This document shows, one piece after another, positions 22,801 through 28,018 of a stretch of 28,018 nucleotides of DNA. Source of the DNA: Candidatus Iainarchaeum sp. (GTDB lineage Archaea; Iainarchaeota; Iainarchaeia; Iainarchaeales; DTGL01); the NCBI GenBank assembly GCA_038736825.1, contig JAVYME010000002.1, positions 42,793 to 70,810 on the forward strand, given 5' to 3'. Under the pieces are notes generated by a model that saw only the letters and a program-made list of their open reading frames with translations, had not been told where the DNA came from and searched no databases. The translations under genes were made by a program, and so were the position numbers. The number at the start of each line of letters is the position of its first letter. The first letter of the stretch is position 1.

Positions 22801-23269
22801 CGCCAGCAGCCCTTATAGGGCCTGCATAATAAATGTCCACGTACTGACTGCCGTCAGGGTTTTTTGAAATTTCCACTTTTGGCACTCCATCAATTGGTGC
22901 AACCACTACGCCCTCAGTGTTCAAAACAAGCGCGGTTTTAATTGCTTGCTCTATTCTTTTGGAGTCATCCGGAATAGAGCACCATTTTTGTTGAATGATT
23001 TCCTCAAAAAGCGTAAAAATTGTCTTTATTCTCTTGTTTTCGCCTTCAGCCTTTGCCATGAGCTCGCGATATCTTTTGGCAATTCCTTTAGGACCGATTA
23101 TTGTTTCCGCTCTGTCAGCCAAGTCTGTTACTGGCTGTGTTTCTATTGAAGTGCTGGCATCAAAGCCTTTCGCTCTCGCCTTTGAAGCAATTTCAACCTG
23201 CTCCAATGCCTTTTTTTCAAGGTTTGAAAAATATTTTTGAATATCCGGTGATGCTACAATGTGTTTCAT
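19859..23269 (-). CDS. polC: DNA polymerase D (Pol II) large subunit DP2
   Basis: ~1135 aa. N-terminal YF..LEKKALEQVEIASKARAKGFD, Cys4 zinc clusters (CKECNSVVPFAFCPYCG, CQECG...CPKCG, CTNCNAKY...CSKCEKG) and a C-terminal PIP-like QKSLGDFA. ATG 23269 is preferred over GTG 23278. The length is consistent with no intein. Confidence 0.93.
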   Translation of the reverse strand: MKHIVASPDIQKYFSNLEKKALEQVEIASKARAKGFDASTSIETQPVTDLADRAETIIGPKGIAKRYRELMAKAEGENKRIKTIFTLFEEIIQQKWCSIPDDSKRIEQAIKTALVLNTEGVVVAPIDGVPKVEISKNPDGSQYVDIYYAGPIRAAGGTSQVLPLILGDYARKLMGLDRYRPTKDEVERYVEETQIYEGIVSRQYRITEEEVRKIVEGCPVCINGEPTEEREVSVHRDLPRIPHNRVRGGMCLVISEGIALKARKILKFAELLGLDWSWLEQIIKHGKEKGESLEPKDKYLEGIAAGRPIFAYPSRFGGFRLRYGRTRAMGIMCKAIHPATMKILDDFIAIGTQVKVERPGKAGSISAVDSIEGPIVLLKDGEVRQLHSAKEAEEIMPKLEKILFLGDLLVAYGDFRYSAHRLLPAGYNEEWWALELREASKDKKIEGIDLEKTIREPRSLDCHSALKISMELGIPLHPAFTQYYSALTTEETLFLVKECAKAEKKIEGKKITGAFLDLKEKTKALLEKIGLEHSLQEKKIIVGERQAEAFLTVFGALNEKKPVLEGEDALSILRKASGLRLRDKAGSFIGVRMGRPEASSPRKMKGNPHVLFPIGNYGGSTRSINKAMIVSEQSGGIEIEVGNFKCKECNSVVPFAFCPYCGNRTEKTNACQECGTIIKTEKCPKCGSMAKAFGKRKERIDLLVKKEAERMGIKVPDLVKGVRGMINAEKTAEPLGKGLLRARHDLHIFRDGTIRYELINNPLTHFKPAETSTSIEKLRELGYEKDIYGKPLTEKNQVLELHPQDLIIHEAAGDFFVKVSAFLDEELEKFYGLKRHFNAKNRQDLIGELVLGLAPHTSAAIIGRIIGFTKARACFAHPYFHQTKRRNADGDQDSIMLLLDGLLNFSQSYLPSSRGGRMDAPLVFTVALIPEEIDTEVYEMETCNEYPLELYLKALEFAPPEIKGVDIVQDRLGTERQYSGFGFTHETQDFADGPTVSKYVQLQSMEEKIMAQARLQSKIAAVDLKDSLERLIASHFMPDIIGNTRAFGRQEFRCTNCNAKYRRIPLSGKCSKCEKGNIILTIAPGSVTKYLEIAKKIVKEYGLSDYLGQRLALIEEEINSVFRNDAVSQKSLGDFA

Positions 23270-23274
23270 GCTTA

Positions 23275-24813
23275 TCACACTGTTTCAGTTTCTGGCTCGC
23301 TTTCAATGAACTGTTTTTCAATTATGTTCCCTGTTTTTAGGTTTATTACTGGAACTATGCCCGGTGTTGGAACATGTCCCAGTTTTACTTGGTAGTCTGT
23401 GCGGCCCTGCCAAGTGCCATTATTGATTATCATTGTGCCACGATATGAAGTGTAACCGGCATGGTGGAGATCCCCAATGAAAACCAAGTCAGGTTCTTCC
23501 CTTACAAGCAGGTAATCCCTTTTTTCTGGCACATAAGTGTGCCCAACGCCATAGGCTGGCATGAAATCCCTTTTTTTGAGAAGCTCAACTATTGCCTTTT
23601 GCGGTTCAAGATAGGATAAACCGGAAATGCTTGAGAAAAGAGTGTGAAGCCCGGAACCATGGTAAATCATTGCTTTGAATCCCTCTATTTCAACCCAGCT
23701 GGGAGAGCCAAGCAAGTGAACGTTTTCTGCTGCATAAAGCTTTGGAACAAGCTTTTCAGGTATTGCTGGCTGTGGGTCAGCCCAGCGCACTGCATCATGC
23801 TGGCCTGGAATAATGAAGATTTGGATTTCTTTTGGTATTTGGAGAATCAAGTCTGAAAATTTGGCGTATTGTTCAAAAATGTTTTTTATGCTCAATTCCG
23901 CATACTGGCTTGGATAAATGCCTATGCCGTCAACATTGTCGCCTGCAACCACCAAGTATTTGATTTTTTTCACCTCTCGCCTTTCATTTTCATTTCCTAT
24001 TTCGCAGTTTATCCATTCCACGAATTTTCGGAAAGGCGTTTCCAAGAAGAGCTTGCTGCCCACGTGAAGGTCTGAAATGCTTGCAATCCTTGTATCGTGC
24101 TTGCTTCGCTTCATTTTCCTTTGCGGCAAGTCCGCCCAATACAATTCCTTCACTATCACCATTTCATTGCTGATTTTTTCAGCCCTGATTCCAACAACAT
24201 CGTCAAGCATTATTTTTTCTCTTGCCTGTTCCAGTGATCTTTCATTTTTTGAAATAACTGCAATGCAGGACTTTTCCAAGTCTTCCAGTTCTATTGCAGT
24301 ATGCCCGTTTTTGGTTTGCCATTTCCTTGCAACCATTCCTATAAGGTCAAATTGTTCTTTTGCCGGAATCGCTCTTATCCGGCTTATGGGCACTGGGGAA
24401 AGCGAGTGATGGGCTTGTATCATTTTTTTTAATGTCAAGAATTTGTCCCTGAACATGGCCAAAAAATCCTCTATTTTGCCTTGTGAAAAACTCTGGTTTG
24501 TGACATCGTATTCGCTCATTATGCGATAATGAAATTCTGTGCTGGTTTCATCAGCCCTGCATTTTTCTTCAACTTGCAGTTTTTCAAAATGCTCTGACTG
24601 TTCTTCCCTTGAAATGCCTATTTTGGTGCGCACTGCTTTTTTTTCAATGCTTTCCGCCCTTATAAAGAATTCGTTTTCCTTTATTAGTTCAGAAACTATT
24701 TCCTGCCAGTCTTCTCTTGCCGATAAAAGTTTTAGGGCTTCACTGTCAATGAATGCCTTTTGTTGGCTGACAAAATCCAGTATTTCGCTTTCTTTTGAAG
24801 TTTTTTGTCCCAA
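23275..24813 (-). CDS. polB: DNA polymerase D small (exonuclease) subunit DP1
   Basis: Calcineurin-like phosphoesterase motifs (ISDLHVGS, AGDNVDG, PGQHD, GDLHH) and a DP1-type N-terminal domain (ILDFVSQQKAFIDSEALKLL). The start is TTG, 8 nt after the UPF0147 stop and preceded by AGGGG. The stop is within 5 nt of the DP2 start. Confidence 0.92.
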   Translation of the reverse strand: MGQKTSKESEILDFVSQQKAFIDSEALKLLSAREDWQEIVSELIKENEFFIRAESIEKKAVRTKIGISREEQSEHFEKLQVEEKCRADETSTEFHYRIMSEYDVTNQSFSQGKIEDFLAMFRDKFLTLKKMIQAHHSLSPVPISRIRAIPAKEQFDLIGMVARKWQTKNGHTAIELEDLEKSCIAVISKNERSLEQAREKIMLDDVVGIRAEKISNEMVIVKELYWADLPQRKMKRSKHDTRIASISDLHVGSKLFLETPFRKFVEWINCEIGNENERREVKKIKYLVVAGDNVDGIGIYPSQYAELSIKNIFEQYAKFSDLILQIPKEIQIFIIPGQHDAVRWADPQPAIPEKLVPKLYAAENVHLLGSPSWVEIEGFKAMIYHGSGLHTLFSSISGLSYLEPQKAIVELLKKRDFMPAYGVGHTYVPEKRDYLLVREEPDLVFIGDLHHAGYTSYRGTMIINNGTWQGRTDYQVKLGHVPTPGIVPVINLKTGNIIEKQFIESEPETETV

Positions 24814-24821
24814 TTTTTCCC

Positions 24822-25094
24822 CTATTCCTTGAGTTTTTCTTTCACGCCTTCAAGCCTGCTAATGATTGTCCAAATGCTTGTGCGCGTGTGCGAGGGGATG
24901 TTTATGTCATTGCTTATATCGTCAAGAATGTAGATGGCATTGGAAAAGTCAACGCCTGCTGGTTTTTCTTTGCACACCTTTTCTTTTGCATCGCTTACTG
25001 CTTTTCTAATGTTTTTTGGGACAGAGCGGTCTTCTATCACTTCATCCATTATTTCGACCGCTTCCTCGAACTCCTCTTTGGCTTCCTTTTGCAT
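24822..25094 (-). CDS. UPF0147 family protein
   Basis: SVPKNIRKAV...NAIYILDDISNDINIPSHTRTSIWTIISRLEGV matches the conserved archaeal UPF0147 signature (SVPRNIRRAA...ILDEIS.DPNMP.H.RT.IW.I.S.LE). A GGAGAG SD lies upstream. Confidence 0.88.
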   Translation of the reverse strand: MQKEAKEEFEEAVEIMDEVIEDRSVPKNIRKAVSDAKEKVCKEKPAGVDFSNAIYILDDISNDINIPSHTRTSIWTIISRLEGVKEKLKE

Positions 25095-25119
25095 TTTCTC
25101 TCCTCGCTGTTGATTTCAA

Positions 25120-25162
25120 CGGTTCACCATTCAAGCGAAATGATGCTTTTTATGGTGAACCG
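25120..25162. promoter_or_regulatory. perfect 11-bp inverted repeat (CGGTTCACCAT N21 ATGGTGAACCG) in the leader of the UPF0147-DP1-DP2 operon
   Basis: Read directly. An additional inner AAGC/GCTT pairing (25133-25136 / 25145-25148) is possible. It lies between the TATA-like element and the SD/ATG of the UPF0147 gene. Confidence 0.6.
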
Positions 25163-25198
25163 AAACAGTTGCAATAAACAGATTAGTGAAAGAAAAAA

Positions 25199-25205
25199 AT
25201 TTAAA
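25199..25205 (-). promoter_or_regulatory. TATA-like element (TTTAAAT on the minus strand) for the UPF0147-DP1-DP2 operon
   Basis: It lies ~105 nt upstream of ATG 25094, in the only sizeable gap upstream of the operon. Confidence 0.3.
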
Positions 25206-25242
25206 CTAAAACACTAACGCCTTGCAATAGCCCTAAATCACT

Positions 25243-26247
25243 CTATTTTGTTTCCAGTGCCTTGATTCTTTCCTCTTTGTAAAGCGTTTTCCAGAGGATT
25301 TCCCGGATTTCCACTGCTTTTTCTTCTGGGAATTCCAGGATGTTTTCGCCCGTAAATAGTTCTTTTGCCCTGTTTTTTTGCAGTTCTGAGGCAATGTCCA
25401 GCTTGTTCAAGAAGACAATGCATTCTTTTTCCTTGAATTCGCGCCTTATTTTTGAGAAAAGAGATTTTTGTTGTTCCATCGGGCAGGCTTGCTCGGAACA
25501 ATCCACCACAAAGCCGGTAATGCCTGGCAAAAAGCGCATTGCAAGCACGGCTTTTCTTTCCACTGCATTCCTTTTTTCAGGCTCTCTGTCAAGCAAACCG
25601 GGAGTGTCAATCACTTGTATTTTCATTAATTTGTGTTCGAAAACCCCCACATTCAGTTTTTTTGTTGTGAAAGGGTATGGGGCTATTTCTGGCTCTGAGC
25701 CGGTGAGCCTTTTCAAAATAGTGGTTTTGCCAGCGTTTGGATAGCCTGCAAGCACTATTGTTTTTGTTTTTGCATCAATGCTTGGCAATTCCTTAAGGTT
25801 TTTTTGCAGTGAATTGAAGGCTTTTATTGTTGGAGCAAGCGTTTTCATTATGGAGGCACTCCTTCCCATTAATTCTTTGAAGATTTTGCCGCTCTCCTTT
25901 TTGTTTGCCCTAGTGGCTTTTATTGCTGCTCTTTTCCTGTAAGAAAGCAGTTTTCTTATTGTGATGAAATGGTTTCTCATAATGGTTATTTTTTCTTCGC
26001 TTTCAATGGTTTTTATCAGCTCAAAATGGAAAGCGCTCGTGTTTTCCCTTGTTGGAATGGCTCTTATGGCTGAATCGATTTTTTCCAGCAAAAAATTAGA
26101 GAAAGAGGTTATTTTTTTTTCAGTCAAAAATTTTTTGTCATATGCTCCTAAAACCCTTTTTGAAGCTCGGTCGGCTGCAGTTTTAACCATTTTTTCAGGG
26201 CTTTCCAGCAAAACGGTTTTTCTCATTTTAGGGCACCCGAAACCCAT
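25243..26247 (-). CDS. nog1: NOG1-family GTPase
   Basis: NOG1-type N-terminal helical domain followed by G1 GYPNAGKT, G3 DTPG and G4 NKLD. An alternative ATG start is at 26226. Confidence 0.87.
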   Translation of the reverse strand: MGFGCPKMRKTVLLESPEKMVKTAADRASKRVLGAYDKKFLTEKKITSFSNFLLEKIDSAIRAIPTRENTSAFHFELIKTIESEEKITIMRNHFITIRKLLSYRKRAAIKATRANKKESGKIFKELMGRSASIMKTLAPTIKAFNSLQKNLKELPSIDAKTKTIVLAGYPNAGKTTILKRLTGSEPEIAPYPFTTKKLNVGVFEHKLMKIQVIDTPGLLDREPEKRNAVERKAVLAMRFLPGITGFVVDCSEQACPMEQQKSLFSKIRREFKEKECIVFLNKLDIASELQKNRAKELFTGENILEFPEEKAVEIREILWKTLYKEERIKALETK

Positions 26248-26259
26248 TACAAGGGTTTT

Positions 26260-26295
26260 TAATTGTTTTTTATCACTTTTTAGTAATTGTTTTTT
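26260..26295. repeat. 12-bp direct repeat TAATTGTTTTTT (26260-26271 and 26284-26295) in the nog1/secF divergent gap
   Basis: Read directly. Both copies are AT-rich, so they could be TATA-type promoter elements. Confidence 0.6.
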
Positions 26296-26323
26296 GGTTG
26301 AATGTTCTTAATTTCTTTTCTTT

Positions 26324-27439
26324 TTGCTTTATGTCATTTTCAGGGTGTTTTTTTTGAATTTGTTTGATTTTGCCGCAAGGCTTTACGCAGAAAACAATTA
26401 TAAGCGCCTTTTGGTTGTGCCAGCCACTTTAATCCTTTTATGCCTTTTTTTGGCGTTTGTTTTTCCAGGATTACAGTATGGAATTGATTTAAAGGGTGGC
26501 ACGCTGCTGGTTGTTGGCACAAAAACACAAGTTGATGCTTCTTCTGTTGAAAATGCAATAAAATCACAGTTTTCTTTGACAGACCTTAGAGTGATTCCTT
26601 TTGCTGGCGGAATACAGGTTCAGTACGGAGAGGATCGCGTGCTTGCAAGCGCCAAGTCTGATTTGGACAGGGCAAAATCAATTGTTTCTTTTGACGAGGC
26701 TGGAGCAATGGATTCTTGCAATAAGGCGATTTCAGGACTGCAATCATACCTTGTTCCAGAGAAAACCTCTTTTGGCAGTGCTGTCTCTTGCATTGAGTTT
26801 GCTTCAAGTTTTTATGATTCTGCTTCAGCCGCCTTTGATGAACGATTGCAGAATGCAATAGTTTCACACATAGGGGCTAACAATATAAAGGAAGGCGGTT
26901 TCACTCGCACTTCCATTTCGCCTTCTCTTGGAAAAATGTTTTGGTCTTCAGCGCAATTGATTTTTTTGGCGGCAATTGTTTTGATAACCATTGTAATATT
27001 TGTTAGTTTTAGAGAGGTTGTTCCAAGCGCGCTTGTCATCGGGTGCGTGATTTTTGACATTTTTGCCGGCTTAGCCGGAATGGCTGTTTTAGGCATAAGC
27101 TTTTCTCTTGCCTCTATTTCCTCGCTTCTCATGCTTATAGGTTATTCCATAGACACTGACATAATGCTTACTGCAAGGCTTACAAAGCGCAAGTTCAGGA
27201 CACTAAAGGAAAGCGCGGCAGATTCATTTGTGACTGGCATTACAATGACTGGGACAGCGCTTGGCGCACTCATAGTAATGCTTGTATTGTCATGGTTTTG
27301 GAATATTGAAACAATGTTCAGCATTGCTGCAGTGCTTTTTTGCGGGCTTATTGGGGACATAATTTTCACTTGGTTCATGAATGCCCCGCTTTTACTGTGG
27401 CATCTTGAAAGAAAAGCTGGAGTTAAATCAGGAAAGTGA
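26324..27439 (+). CDS. secF: protein-export membrane protein SecF
   Basis: N-terminal TM helix, a GIDLKGGT motif, a periplasmic-type domain, and a C-terminal six-helix bundle typical of SecF. It lies immediately upstream of secD. No in-frame ATG near the 5' end; the likely start is TTG 26354, which has AGGGTG 6 nt upstream. Confidence 0.85.
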   Translation: MLYVIFRVFFLNLFDFAARLYAENNYKRLLVVPATLILLCLFLAFVFPGLQYGIDLKGGTLLVVGTKTQVDASSVENAIKSQFSLTDLRVIPFAGGIQVQYGEDRVLASAKSDLDRAKSIVSFDEAGAMDSCNKAISGLQSYLVPEKTSFGSAVSCIEFASSFYDSASAAFDERLQNAIVSHIGANNIKEGGFTRTSISPSLGKMFWSSAQLIFLAAIVLITIVIFVSFREVVPSALVIGCVIFDIFAGLAGMAVLGISFSLASISSLLMLIGYSIDTDIMLTARLTKRKFRTLKESAADSFVTGITMTGTALGALIVMLVLSWFWNIETMFSIAAVLFCGLIGDIIFTWFMNAPLLLWHLERKAGVKSGK

Positions 27440-27444
27440 ATTGC

Positions 27445-28018
27445 ATGGCAAACCTTTTAAAGAGCTGGAGAGTTTGGGTTTTGTTTGCAGGAATTTTTTT
27501 AGCCGCAGGCTTAATTGCATTCAAAGGCTTGGATTTTGGAATAGACTTTCAAGGCGGCACTCTTTTCCAAATACAATTGTCTGAAGAAGTTTCAGACATG
27601 GAGCAAGTAATACAGGTAATTGAAAGCCGCCTTAACTGGAGCGGTTTAAAGGACATACGGGTTTATGGAGCCCAAAACCGATTTGTTTTTGTAATAGTTC
27701 CAGAAACAAATGAGGAAGACATTCAAAGAATAGAGTCGCTTATAAAAAAACAGGGAAATTTTGAGGTAACAATAGACGGCAATGTTATGTTCACAGGAGA
27801 AGGCATAATAAGCGTTGACCAAACCACTAATACATTGCAATTCCAGCAAGTTGACCAAAAAACCTATAGGTGGAATCTCCCATTCATGCTCAAAATGGAT
27901 GCTGCCACGCGCTTTAGAGATTTGTCCTTTCACAAATGCCGCCTGATAAGCTTTGAAAAAAGCGAATACGATTGCGCTCTAACATATTTTTACATTGACA
28001 GGCCGAAAAAATCAGTAC
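27445..28018 (+). CDS. secD: protein-export membrane protein SecD (N-terminal part, runs off the window)
   Basis: Not in the ORF track because it has no stop. ATG 27445 lies 5 nt after the secF stop, and my hand translation is open to the window end. It reads MANLLKSWRVWVLFAGIFLAAGLIAF (TM1), GIDFQGGT, then a SecD P1-head-like region (VIESRLNWSGLKDIRVY...VIVPE). Confidence 0.8.
   Translation, partial: MANLLKSWRVWVLFAGIFLAAGLIAFKGLDFGIDFQGGTLFQIQLSEEVSDMEQVIQVIESRLNWSGLKDIRVYGAQNRFVFVIVPETNEEDIQRIESLIKKQGNFEVTIDGNVMFTGEGIISVDQTTNTLQFQQVDQKTYRWNLPFMLKMDAATRFRDLSFHKCRLISFEKSEYDCALTYFYIDRPKKSV

Noticed and set aside
19859-23278. Checked DP2 for an intein or split gene
   Set aside because: The length (~1135 aa) and continuous similarity to the DP2 layout argue against one. 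No Cys/Ser-...-HN junction block or endonuclease-like insertion is visible.
25120-25167. Whether the inverted repeat is an H/ACA or C/D box sRNA (ACA at 25165-25167 after the stem; ATGATGC in the loop resembles a C box)
   Set aside because: The internal loop (2 nt / 3 nt) is far too small for a pseudouridylation pocket. No CTGA D box lies at an appropriate distance, and no terminal-stem pairing is present.
1-28018. Scan for tRNA, rRNA, SRP/RNase P RNA, transposases, integrases, toxin-antitoxin or defence genes
   Set aside because: No non-coding gap exceeds 294 bp, and the gaps are AT-rich without tRNA-like T-arm (GGTTCGAATCC-like) sequences. No ORF shows mobile-element or defence-system motifs.

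Overview
Compact, moderately AT-rich archaeal chromosomal fragment. The core genes are PolD DP1/DP2, Orc1/Cdc6, Hel308, NAC, archaeal SepF, UPF0147, a NOG1-type GTPase and SecF/SecD. They place it in a PolD-bearing, FtsZ/SepF-dividing lineage (Euryarchaeota/DPANN type). Convergent genes sit 4 nt apart, several core genes use TTG/GTG starts, and there are giant adhesin-like genes. Together these fit a small-genome DPANN-like organism, but that is inference only. Left to right: an anchored orphan exoprotein; NAC; a co-directional cluster of an orphan basic protein, a small PC4-like protein and Hel308; then a ~12 kb surface-protein island (5299-17227). After that come a replication/division cluster (orc1/cdc6, sepF, a tail-anchored orphan, and the UPF0147-DP1-DP2 operon), nog1, and secF-secD running off the right edge. 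The island holds a Cys-rich anchored protein and two giant exoproteins: one TM-anchored with six tandem PKD domains, one secreted with lectin-like repeats, PKD domains and an internal dockerin. No tRNA, rRNA, CRISPR array, transposase, integrase or recognisable defence gene was seen. The best candidate for undescribed biology is the surface island, possibly a dockerin-mediated two-component adhesion or host-attachment apparatus. Smaller leads are a structured leader upstream of the PolD operon, a PC4-like protein next to Hel308, C-terminal PIP-like motifs, and a repeat-built, ATG-less 5' end of orc1/cdc6. All domain calls come from reading motifs by eye and need HMM or structure confirmation.
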